Shown here in pieces: positions 20,665-29,233 of a DNA stretch of 32,000 nucleotides. Within the stretch, counting starts at the first letter, position 1; every line of letters begins with the position of its first letter. Made by a program: the position numbers and the translations under genes. The stretch is from Desulfotalea psychrophila LSv54. GTDB lineage: Bacteria; Desulfobacterota; Desulfobulbia; Desulfobulbales; Desulfocapsaceae. Where the stretch lies: positions 2,610,001 to 2,642,000 of the forward strand of contig NC_006138.1 of the NCBI RefSeq assembly GCF_000025945.1, read 5' to 3'. Below the pieces are notes generated by a model. That model ran no database searches. It saw only the letters and a program-made list of their open reading frames with translations, and was not told where the DNA came from.

Positions 20665-20666
20665 TG

Positions 20667-21317
20667 TTAGCTATTGGTTGTTGCAGCAACTTTCAAACCG
20701 AACCCAATTAAAACACCCCCAACAACCCTTTCGATGTTTTTTTTAGATTTTTTAAACAGTTGTAATAGCGCTGGCTGACTAAGAAAAATAGCCACAACAC
20801 TAAACCAGACTAGATGAGAAAGAGAAATGATCAGCCCATAAATAAGTTGCATCCACAGTGGCGTCTGAGGATTTACAACCTGGGTAAATATACTTAAGAA
20901 GAAAATAGTTGTCTTAGGATTTAGGGCATTAGTAACGAAACCCACTTTAAATGCAGACCATTGAGATAGTACATTTACTGTAGAAGATTCATCTATATCA
21001 ATGAGGCTTTTTGATCTGAGTGTCTTCCAACCAATATAGATTAAATAAGCCGCACCTAAATACTTAATGACTGAAAACAGCACAATTGATTTTGAAATAA
21101 TAAGGGCTAATCCGGCAATCGAATATGCCACATGAATCCAAATGGCAAAACTGACACCCAGTGCAGAGAAGATACCAGCAGAACGACTATAAAAAACACT
21201 ATTTCTTGTTACCATAACAAAATCAGCTCCCGGGCTTATTGCCATCAATACTGCAATAACACTGACAGAGATCAGTTCCGGTAGGTACGGAAAACTTTGA
21301 AAAATTTCAATATGCAT
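20667..21317 (-). CDS. LysE/RhtB-family amino-acid exporter
   Basis: 'AVLMAISPGADFVMVTRNSVFYSRSAGIFSALGVSFAIWIHV', 'IKYLGAAYLIYIGWKTLRSKS', 'GFVTNALNPKTTIFFLSIFTQVV'. Confidence 0.93.
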   Translation of the reverse strand: MHIEIFQSFPYLPELISVSVIAVLMAISPGADFVMVTRNSVFYSRSAGIFSALGVSFAIWIHVAYSIAGLALIISKSIVLFSVIKYLGAAYLIYIGWKTLRSKSLIDIDESSTVNVLSQWSAFKVGFVTNALNPKTTIFFLSIFTQVVNPQTPLWMQLIYGLIISLSHLVWFSVVAIFLSQPALLQLFKKSKKNIERVVGGVLIGFGLKVAATTNS

Positions 21318-21861
21318 CTTTAATCCTCATACATAGTTTGATTACTAACAATCGGCTAGAGCAAATGCTTTTCTGCCTCTTGCCCCCAAAACCAAATGAC
21401 AGTTTCCCTTCATACGGCCCAAGCGTTCAGCAAAAGACAACCTTGTGGGACGATACTCTCTGACTGTTAGTGCTGAAATTAATCGAATTTACTTTCGATT
21501 GCGATATTGCCAAAATAGTTAGCGTATTCGGGCTCATAAGAATCCGCAACTGCTTTAACAGATCATATTATACCGAGCGACCTTAATCGTACCACCTCAT
21601 AGAGCAAGGCCTTTTAAAATCTTGCTCCTGGCTATGAACACCCATCGACGTTTTGAACAGATCTTATATAACCACTCTTTATACTTTTTTAAATGACTTC
21701 GGCTGATTATGCGACACAATCGTTTGTAACCAAAGATATCAATAAGAGAAAAGAGTTCCAATGATACTACATGCCAGAGAGGCACGGAGACTCCCTTCTG
21801 TATCTATTGTTTAATATCAGGATATGTGAAAGGTTGGAGCTAAGTTAATGTCTATTAGGGA

Positions 21862-23007
21862 TTAACCCCACTCCAGGGTGAAGGAGCGATCTCTGTTTAG
21901 CTTTACCCGGCTGCCATACTTCTTTCCCTCTCTATTCAAAATATCCCTGAGCCACAGAATATCAGCCTTCGCTGCCCTGTTTACCCTGAAATGTTTAATC
22001 CTGGTTGGGATCATCTGTAGGTGAAGCAGTTTTCCCGATACGGGTGCCACGGTGACATTATACATTAAACCCAGGTCATCTCTAAAAGACTTGTTTATAC
22101 TTATTCCCTCGTAATCATTTAGAAAATCTCCACTACCATGGATGATCAGCCTGTCCTTATATACCTCCACTCCCTGAACATGATGGGATGAGTGTCCATG
22201 GATGAGATCAACACCCGCCTCATCAATCAGCCGGTGGGCAAATTTTATCTGCTGGGGAGGTATCTCATATCCCCAGTTGCCGCCCCAATGAATAGAGATA
22301 AGAGCTATATCCCCCGGCTCCTTGCTCTCTGCCACCTTTTCTTTGATAGAGTTCAGGCTCCTGTCCGACAGATCTTCCAGGAAATTTATTCCCGGCTGCT
22401 CATCTGTTGCGGCCCAACTGGGGGGAATCCCGCTTGTCCTGACCCCGTAGGAAAAGATAATAACCCTGCCCTTTCCCTTCACCTCCATTATGGCAGGTTT
22501 TTCCGCCTCGGCAATATTTCTACCCGCGCCGGCGCTCTTCACCCGCGCTCTGTTCAGTGTTTCCAGGGTCTCCACAAGTCCGGAACGTCCCCAATCAAGA
22601 ACATGGTTGTTTGCCAGAGCACAAAAATCGATTTTAGCCGCCGTCAGACAGGCGATATTTTCCGGATTCATCCTGTAGTTGATGCCCTTACCCTTCCAGG
22701 GATTATTACTCTTGGTTACGCTTGTCTCCAGGTTAATAATCCTTAAATCGGGCGATAGCCGGTCAAGTTCAGCAAGGGCATCGCCCCAGATATAGGGCCA
22801 GCTGACAGGATAGGGAAAGGGGCCATTGGCCTGCTCTGCAATCTCTATATAACCTTTAGCAGATTTCATAGACTGCTCATGGATTACAGGATTACCGGGG
22901 TGGGGTAGCACCTGATCAATGCCCCTACCTAACATAACATCGCCGCACATGAAGATGCTAATAGCCCGTGGATCTCTTTGCCGATCAATGCTTGTTTCTG
23001 CAGACAT
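21862..23007 (-). CDS. CapA-family (poly-gamma-glutamate synthesis type) metallophosphatase-like protein
   Basis: 'MCGDVMLGRGIDQVLPHPGNP', 'RIINLETSVTKSNNPWKGKGINYRMNPENIACLTAAKIDFCALANNHVLDWGRSGLVETLETL', 'ALISIHWGGNWGYEIP', 'VDLIHGHSSHHVQGVEVYKDRLIIHGSGDFLNDYEG'. Confidence 0.92.
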   Translation of the reverse strand: MSAETSIDRQRDPRAISIFMCGDVMLGRGIDQVLPHPGNPVIHEQSMKSAKGYIEIAEQANGPFPYPVSWPYIWGDALAELDRLSPDLRIINLETSVTKSNNPWKGKGINYRMNPENIACLTAAKIDFCALANNHVLDWGRSGLVETLETLNRARVKSAGAGRNIAEAEKPAIMEVKGKGRVIIFSYGVRTSGIPPSWAATDEQPGINFLEDLSDRSLNSIKEKVAESKEPGDIALISIHWGGNWGYEIPPQQIKFAHRLIDEAGVDLIHGHSSHHVQGVEVYKDRLIIHGSGDFLNDYEGISINKSFRDDLGLMYNVTVAPVSGKLLHLQMIPTRIKHFRVNRAAKADILWLRDILNREGKKYGSRVKLNRDRSFTLEWG

Positions 23008-23202
23008 TTTTTTGTCCCTGGGGTTGATGGATGGGGAGGCCCCCCGATCTTATTGCATATAGAATGATATCACAGGAAGAGGCTACGGCAAATTAAGCAG
23101 AGACTGTTCCTCCGCCTCCTCATGCTGCCTCTTATGCACAAACCTTGACGCAGGGACGCAACACCTGTCATAGAGGTACTCAATTCAATGACTGTCCTCC
23201 AC

Positions 23203-24345
23203 TCATTTAGGAAGGACATCTCCTGTTTTCTTTAACCCCTGAGACAAACCGGACTGGCCAAGAGGACGTGTTTCGCCAATTTTCATAATCCAAAGCCTCT
23301 CCTCAGAAAGGCCATTATCAAGCCCGGCCCTGCTAAACCGTTTTGGCGGTTCCCAGGTCGGCTCATCCGACAAACCAATTGTTCCCCAGTGTGAGGCTAT
23401 CAGGGTGAATGCCCGAATTTCATTGCCGACGGTAACTGCCTCTTCGGGGTTGATATGTGACATCCTCATCAGTTTTCTGGGTGCATAGGCACCGATGGGC
23501 AGAATGGCGTAGTCAAGTGGACCATACTGCCTGCCGATCAGTTTGAATATTGTCTCGGAATATCCGGTGTCACCGACAAAGAGCATTTTTTTGGTAGAAC
23601 TCTCTATCAGCCACGATGCCCACAGGGTTTGATTGCGATTTTTTATACTTCGTCCTGAATTGTGAATGGCAGGTAGGGCAGTTAATGTCAGCTCGCCAAG
23701 TGCGATTGATTCGTTCCAGTCTAACTCTGTTACCCTCCCATATCCCCGTTCACTGAAAAACGATTTTAAGCCCAGGGGGACTACAACCTCAATTTTATCT
23801 TTATCTAAACAGCGAACGGATTCATCGTCCAGGTGGTCATAGTGATCATGTGAAACAATAATAATATCTATCGGCGGCAGCCTATCCATGGGGATTCCCG
23901 CTCCTGCAAACCGCCTGGGGCCCGCCCAGGAAAGAGGGCTGGCAAATTCCGTCAAAAACGGATCTGTCAGTATCGTTTTACCTGAAACCCTGATAAGAAA
24001 GCTTGCATGCCCCAGCCAGGTTATCCGATCGCCACCAATGGAACTGAGCGATTTCATCGCCTCTGCTTCAGGTACCCAATGTCCATTCGGGATGGAAGGA
24101 AGAAAGATAGAGCTCCAAAGTCTGCGCAGGTAGAACGGCAGACCTTTAGGAGCGGCTGTCTGCACAGGGGGATAATTTTGAAATCCGTAGGTGGTGTGAT
24201 GTGGGGCCCTTCCCATAGTTTCGTCATTGCTTTCTGCAGGCATGACAGAATATCCTAAGGTGAGAATTAAAAAGAGTGCTGCGCCAATGATAGTCAATAA
24301 ATTTTTCATAGTTCGATGCGCTACCCCTAAGAGCCGGGCCGACAT
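23203..24345 (-). CDS. MBL-fold metallo-hydrolase (NAPE-PLD / UlaG-like), secreted
   Basis: 'ITWLGHASFLIRVSGKTILTDPFLTEFASPLSWAGPRRFAGAGIPMDRLPPIDIIIVSHDHYDHLD', 'MLFVGDTGYSETI', 'MSHINPEEAVTV'; N-terminal hydrophobic segment. Confidence 0.9.
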   Translation of the reverse strand: MSARLLGVAHRTMKNLLTIIGAALFLILTLGYSVMPAESNDETMGRAPHHTTYGFQNYPPVQTAAPKGLPFYLRRLWSSIFLPSIPNGHWVPEAEAMKSLSSIGGDRITWLGHASFLIRVSGKTILTDPFLTEFASPLSWAGPRRFAGAGIPMDRLPPIDIIIVSHDHYDHLDDESVRCLDKDKIEVVVPLGLKSFFSERGYGRVTELDWNESIALGELTLTALPAIHNSGRSIKNRNQTLWASWLIESSTKKMLFVGDTGYSETIFKLIGRQYGPLDYAILPIGAYAPRKLMRMSHINPEEAVTVGNEIRAFTLIASHWGTIGLSDEPTWEPPKRFSRAGLDNGLSEERLWIMKIGETRPLGQSGLSQGLKKTGDVLPK

Positions 24346-24359
24346 TTCTCTGAGCTGTT

Positions 24360-24788
24360 TTATCCCTCATAGTACCGCGCTTCGATGAGGTTGCCCTCCG
24401 GGTCTCGAAAATAGATCGACGTTCCAACGCCGTGTGCCCCCCAGCGTGGAACAGGGCCCTCTTCTATGGTGACCTTGCCGTCCTTAAGTCGCTGGCAAAG
24501 GTTCTGCCAGCTTCCCTTAGTCAGGGCCAGACAGAAATGGTTCAGATTCTCACCCCCCTGCCCCGCCCCGGCACTATTCTCCCACATCTCTTGCGGAAAG
24601 AGGTCGATAATTGTATTTGAATTCAGGCGCAGAGAGGGAAATGGCACTTTCCCGGTCCGGTACTCCTGCAAACGTTCAGGGGCAAACATGAGTACCTTTA
24701 AGTAGAAATCAATCATCTTCTTCTCATCTGTCATATTCAAAACGATGTGATCCAGTAAACACTCCATCAATCCCTCCAGGATAGTCAT
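24360..24788 (-). CDS. VOC-family (glyoxalase-like) protein
   Basis: 'LDHIVLNMTDEKKMIDFYLKVLMF', 'LNHFCLALTKGSWQNLCQRLK', 'GVGTSIYFRDPEGNLIEARYY'. Confidence 0.9.
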   Translation of the reverse strand: MTILEGLMECLLDHIVLNMTDEKKMIDFYLKVLMFAPERLQEYRTGKVPFPSLRLNSNTIIDLFPQEMWENSAGAGQGGENLNHFCLALTKGSWQNLCQRLKDGKVTIEEGPVPRWGAHGVGTSIYFRDPEGNLIEARYYEG

Positions 24789-24841
24789 AGACTGCTAATC
24801 AGTTTTTTCCTCGGCTCTATTTATATGACTCTTTCATAACT

Positions 24842-25174
24842 TCACTCAATAAATTTCCCAATCACACTATGCTCTATCTTGATTTCATGAATGAGGCGAT
24901 CATAATTTTTCATTCGAATTATTGACTTTATTATCAGGTAAGTACCAAAAACAATTAAGGCAAAATTAAGTACTGCCAACGGGATAAGAAAATATAAAAC
25001 ATGGAGGACATTATAAAATCTTGAAGTAGCTATAAGCATACTGATAGCGGCCAGCGGCAAAGCTAAAACAGCTATACCAGTCCGCAGCACAGCTAAAGAT
25101 GTGCGCTTTTCTGCTAAAAGAAGTTGCACCTCATTGATAATGATTGAATCAATTTTGTCTGTATCGTTGCTCAA
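24842..25174 (-). CDS. Small two-helix membrane protein, DUF202-like
   Basis: 'EVQLLLAEKRTSLAVLRTGIAVLALPLAAISMLIA' resembles the L-A-x-E-R-T..R-T-G-x-A motif of DUF202 proteins; two hydrophobic helices. Confidence 0.6.
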   Translation of the reverse strand: MSNDTDKIDSIIINEVQLLLAEKRTSLAVLRTGIAVLALPLAAISMLIATSRFYNVLHVLYFLIPLAVLNFALIVFGTYLIIKSIIRMKNYDRLIHEIKIEHSVIGKFIE

Positions 25175-25223
25175 CTTTTATACCTTTTGTCTAAATTTCC
25201 TTCTCCATTACGCTTGCCAGCAA

Positions 25224-25919
25224 CTAAGCACCAAGGAAAATGACTTGAGATCTCTCCAGTAGCGCTTTTGCAGTCAGCTCCGATGAGGCAGGGTTTTGCC
25301 CCGTGATCAGGTTGCCGTCCGTAATAACATGGGCCTGCCAATCATCGGCCTTTGAGTAATTTGCCCCCTTTGACTTCAAATCTGTTTCAACCAGAAATGG
25401 TACAATCTCCGAGAGTTGCCCGGCGTTCTCTTCCGAGTTGCTGAAACCCGTCACAGACTTTCCCTTGACCAGAGGTTCCCCGGCAGGAGTACGAGCATGA
25501 CGGAGCACAGCAGGCCCATGACATACCGCAGCAACGGGTTTGCCGGCAGCATAGATGGACTCAATCAGGGCAATGGAGTGACGATCTTCGGCCAGGTCCC
25601 AAAGTGGCCCATGGCCACCGGGATAAAAGACTGCATCGAAATTATCAGGATCAATATCAGAGAGCTTCAAGGTATTTGCCAATGCCGTCTGGGCGTCAAT
25701 ATCGGCCCTGAACCTTCCTGCCGCCTCTGTTTGTCGGCTCGGTTTATCACTCTTTGGATCCAGAGGTGGTTGTCCCCCCCTTGGTGAAGCCAGGGTGATC
25801 TCTACACCTGCGTCCTTAAAAAGGTAGTAAGGGGCAACGAATTCCTCCAGCCAAAACCCGGTTTTTCCACCTGTATCTCCAAGCCTATCGTGTGATGTCA
25901 GCACCATGAGAAATTTCAT
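25224..25919 (-). CDS. DJ-1/PfpI family protein (type 1 glutamine amidotransferase domain)
   Basis: 'FDAVFYPGGHGPLWDLAED', nucleophile 'KPVAAVCHGPAVLRHA', 'VITDGNLITGQNPASSELTAKALLE'. Confidence 0.92.
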   Translation of the reverse strand: MKFLMVLTSHDRLGDTGGKTGFWLEEFVAPYYLFKDAGVEITLASPRGGQPPLDPKSDKPSRQTEAAGRFRADIDAQTALANTLKLSDIDPDNFDAVFYPGGHGPLWDLAEDRHSIALIESIYAAGKPVAAVCHGPAVLRHARTPAGEPLVKGKSVTGFSNSEENAGQLSEIVPFLVETDLKSKGANYSKADDWQAHVITDGNLITGQNPASSELTAKALLERSQVIFLGA

Positions 25920-26509
25920 CTGCGCTCCCCCCTGTTTTTTTAGTTATAAATAATCTACTTAAGGTTTGGTAAGCTACAGCAGGGCAGCTGCCACCGGCAG
26001 TCTATCCTCGCACACATCCTGCCCACGGGATCGTTAATCCTATCATGGCAGACAGGCCCACAGCAAATCGTAAGTACCCTGACTAAGCATATGAAACTTC
26101 GACCTACGATTGCTAGGCCCCCCGCCAGTGATGGGGCTCTTTTAAGGACCGCTATGGGCGTGATGGTTGGGGGAGACATCCTGGAATGATTATTTGATGG
26201 AACTAAGGGCAAGCTAGGGGTATAGTCGGATATGCCCTGTCATTATAATGGGTTGTCTTGGCTGAATGGCCTGCTCTATCCCATGGATGACACGGAGACT
26301 CTGTTCTATGTCTGTTGCTTGATATTGGGATATATGGGAATGGGTAGCATGGAACAAAACTGTTATATCCGAAGACATATTCTTCTATATAGACACTGGA
26401 AAATAACAATAACCAGAATGAATGACAGCACAGTTATCTTATTTTTTAAGGGAAGGCATTCCCGTTCCAATTCTTGTGTTGGTGTTATCTATATTAATAA
26501 AATAATTAC

Positions 26510-27580
26510 ATGGAAGATACTTATAATATGATTGTTAAAATTCAAAAAGATAGCTCAAGACTTTCAAACAAAATAATCATTTATGCAATTGATGCAGGAG
26601 AAGGAGACTGTATACTGCTACATCAGCTAGATACTGACGTTAAAATATTAATCGATTCTGGGCCAAGTAAAGGAGAAGGAAGATTAAGTGTATATAATGC
26701 CCTATCTGAAATATTAGAAGGCGATAATTTCATTAATTTAGCGCTGGTAACCCATAATGATGATGACCATATAGGTGGTTTTATAGATTTGATTGATCAT
26801 AATATTATTGAGGTCGATACTTTCATATTCAATGATTCGTCTTATATAAAAAAACTCTTTCCCGTAAATGATGGTAAATACTCTTTAAGACAAGATGGAA
26901 ATCTACAACATGATATACTAAAGAATAAAATTAAACATTTACATAATCAAACTGACAGTGAAAGATTGAGCAGTTACTCTTACAGAGATTTCAAGTTTGA
27001 TTTTTTATCTCCAAACTATGAAAAACTTAAAATATACAATAGAGAAATAGGTAAACAGGAAACAAAACTTGAAAAAAAGAAGAAGTTTTCAAAACAAAAA
27101 AATATCGTCCCTCCCACTAAAGAACAACTCCAAGAACTAATCAGTGAACTAAAAGAGAACGATATTTTTGTTGAAGATAATAGACCAGCAAATGGCACTA
27201 GCTTAGCCTTTAGATTAAAAATTGGAACCAAGAGATTTCTTTTCTTAGGTGATTCGCATCCATCTTTAGTTACAACTCAACTGAAAAAATTGGAGGACAC
27301 TGTTTTTGATCTATGTAAATTATCACATCATGGAAGTGAAAAAAATACAAGCCCAGATTTACTTTCTAATATTAAATGTAAAGATTTCTTAATTTGTAGC
27401 AATGGTTGCAGGCATGGACATCCATCGCTAAAAACCATTGCAAGAGTTTTAATATCAGAGCCAAAATCTAAATTTTACTTTAGCTCAGACAGCGTCGAAA
27501 TTAAAAATTTAACAAATTCTATACCAATTATTAAGGAGTTTGCAAAATCTGGTTATTTAAAGGTTGAGTATGTGTATTAA
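26510..27580 (+). CDS. ComEC/Rec2-like MBL-fold hydrolase, predicted effector of an ABC-3C-like cassette
   Basis: 'IIYAIDAGEGDCILL', 'ILIDSGP', metal-binding 'LALVTHNDDDHIGGFIDLI', 'RFLFLGDSH', 'LCKLSHHGSEKNTSPDLL'. No TM segments. ATG at 26528 is an alternative start. Confidence 0.85.
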   Translation: MEDTYNMIVKIQKDSSRLSNKIIIYAIDAGEGDCILLHQLDTDVKILIDSGPSKGEGRLSVYNALSEILEGDNFINLALVTHNDDDHIGGFIDLIDHNIIEVDTFIFNDSSYIKKLFPVNDGKYSLRQDGNLQHDILKNKIKHLHNQTDSERLSSYSYRDFKFDFLSPNYEKLKIYNREIGKQETKLEKKKKFSKQKNIVPPTKEQLQELISELKENDIFVEDNRPANGTSLAFRLKIGTKRFLFLGDSHPSLVTTQLKKLEDTVFDLCKLSHHGSEKNTSPDLLSNIKCKDFLICSNGCRHGHPSLKTIARVLISEPKSKFYFSSDSVEIKNLTNSIPIIKEFAKSGYLKVEYVY

Positions 27581-28733
27581 TAACTATGCTGTGAGCGTAG
27601 AAGTTGCTGGACAGCAACCTCATGAAAGTAGTGGTTTTATTTTGAAAACTTTATGTAATTCAAAAAGTTTAATATTAACTTCAAAACATTCAGTTTGTAT
27701 AGAAAGAAACTTGTGCACAGACATTACCATTGATAAAAATAGTTGTAGAAAATGCAAAGCAAAACTTGATCACACCAAAATTTCTATTATCTTCAAAAAA
27801 ATTAAAATAACGCCACAAAACGTGTATGCCTCTGCAAGAACTGATGTTGCATTACTCGAGGTTGAATATGTAGAGGATGCTCCATTTCTTTCGCTAACAA
27901 ATGAAAATGAAAACAAGTATGTAGCTTGGTATAATTTGGGAAATGATCGATTTCTATTCGACAATCCAGAGATTCCAAATGATGGCCTTATCAAATTTAA
28001 CATTGCATCTAATGTAAATGCAGACTTAAAACCCAAAAAAAGAATGTTCGTGGGAGTTTCAGGTAGTCTAATCTTCAAAAAGATCAAAGAAACTTATTAC
28101 CCTGAAGCTATTCTTACAGAAGATGGGGGTGGTAATGACATTGGAGCAGAACAACTGGACAGAACACTTGTAAAGGAACTTGAAGAATTATCAGGTACAA
28201 TACTGTTCAATACTATAACTGATATAATTAACAAACAACCAGACAAAATACCCTCAACAAACAATGGCTCTTTATTTAATTTATTAGAAAAATCTAAGCA
28301 GTTATCTAGGTCAGACCAAGATTATAAATACATGATTGAAGAACTCACAGAGTTTTGCTCTGCCAGACCAGGAAGACCAATTATTGGACTCAAAAATAAG
28401 TTAATTGAAGGTCAAAGACAAGATTTGTTCTCAGATGCTGAATATTTGTCGAATAAATTTGCTAGACGTGTTTCAGCAGGACAGTTCTCCGCTACCGATG
28501 AAGTGATTTTCTTTCATTGTTTAAGTATGATTAATTCTGTTTTCACACAGTCTATTTCATCTTCAATAAAAAACGGAGCTAATGACAAGGAAATAGACAA
28601 AAAAATACTGGACGAAATAGTACTTCCACTATATTTAGAAGTAAGTAAGTTTGCACTTTCAATTTCTACAGAAATGATCACAGGAATGCTGTACTTTCTC
28701 ACAGGTAAATGCCATATAAGGTGGAATAAATGA
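27570..28733 (+). CDS. Trypsin-like serine peptidase with C-terminal helical extension, predicted ABC-3C effector
   Basis: Read as a chymotrypsin-like triad: 'SGFILKT...LILTSKH(40)', 'ARTD(92)VALLEVEY', 'VGVS(164)GSLIF', then a ~200-aa helical C-terminus. ATG at 27570; the track start at 27564 is TTG. Confidence 0.65.
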   Translation: MCINNYAVSVEVAGQQPHESSGFILKTLCNSKSLILTSKHSVCIERNLCTDITIDKNSCRKCKAKLDHTKISIIFKKIKITPQNVYASARTDVALLEVEYVEDAPFLSLTNENENKYVAWYNLGNDRFLFDNPEIPNDGLIKFNIASNVNADLKPKKRMFVGVSGSLIFKKIKETYYPEAILTEDGGGNDIGAEQLDRTLVKELEELSGTILFNTITDIINKQPDKIPSTNNGSLFNLLEKSKQLSRSDQDYKYMIEELTEFCSARPGRPIIGLKNKLIEGQRQDLFSDAEYLSNKFARRVSAGQFSATDEVIFFHCLSMINSVFTQSISSSIKNGANDKEIDKKILDEIVLPLYLEVSKFALSISTEMITGMLYFLTGKCHIRWNK

Positions 28734-29233
28734 TTATATACCATCCATATAAAGACGCCAACCATTGTGCATATCGTTTAATAAGCATTATGTATGGTAC
28801 AAACAATGCAGTTTCAAGAGATTTTCTCAATATAGCTGACTTCTATTATTTATTTCCAAGTAAATTAAAGGAAATCAACAATTGGCCTCGAAAAAATTCT
28901 AATGATTACAGAGCCGTTAAAGCAATTGAAAATTGCCATGAGAATCTTGATAATGCCAAAATGATATTTTATGAAATAAAGGAAATAAGACATAACACTT
29001 TCCTTAATTTAATATCAAGAGGAATCGTAATTGAAAGAAACAAGCACAATCAATTATATACCATGGAGCAATCTCTCCTGCCTGACTCTCTTATAGAATT
29101 GTTAAAAAAAGATGAATTTAGAGAATCTGAAGCTTACAGGATTATAACACAAAAAATGTCAAAAATACCATTGAATGGCGATACTGGATTAAAAGCTAAA
29201 ACAAGCTTGCTGGAGCATAGATATGACAATTAG
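28730..29233 (+). CDS. ABC-three-component middle-component-like protein
   Basis: 'HPYKDANHCAYRLISIMY' and 'LNIADFYYLFPSKLKEI' match the general pattern I recall for ABC-3C middle components. Encoded between the effector-like and ATPase genes with overlaps on both sides. Confidence 0.65.
   Translation: MIIYHPYKDANHCAYRLISIMYGTNNAVSRDFLNIADFYYLFPSKLKEINNWPRKNSNDYRAVKAIENCHENLDNAKMIFYEIKEIRHNTFLNLISRGIVIERNKHNQLYTMEQSLLPDSLIELLKKDEFRESEAYRIITQKMSKIPLNGDTGLKAKTSLLEHRYDN

Noticed and set aside
22192-22746. 184-aa plus-strand ORF antisense to capA
   Set aside because: Shadow ORF of a well-supported CapA gene.
25955-26212. 85-aa minus-strand ORF next to the DJ-1/PfpI gene
   Set aside because: No similarity pattern recognised and no convincing start context; likely intergenic noise.
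26440-26510. Promoter for the ABC-3C-like cassette
   Set aside because: A TATATT -10-like box exists, but in such AT-rich sequence it is not discriminating and no properly spaced -35 element was seen.
26232-26531. 99-aa plus-strand ORF just upstream of the MBL gene, as a possible fifth cassette gene or regulator
   Set aside because: Overlaps the MBL start out of frame, spans the composition boundary and has no HTH or other motif. It looks like chance coding in intergenic DNA.
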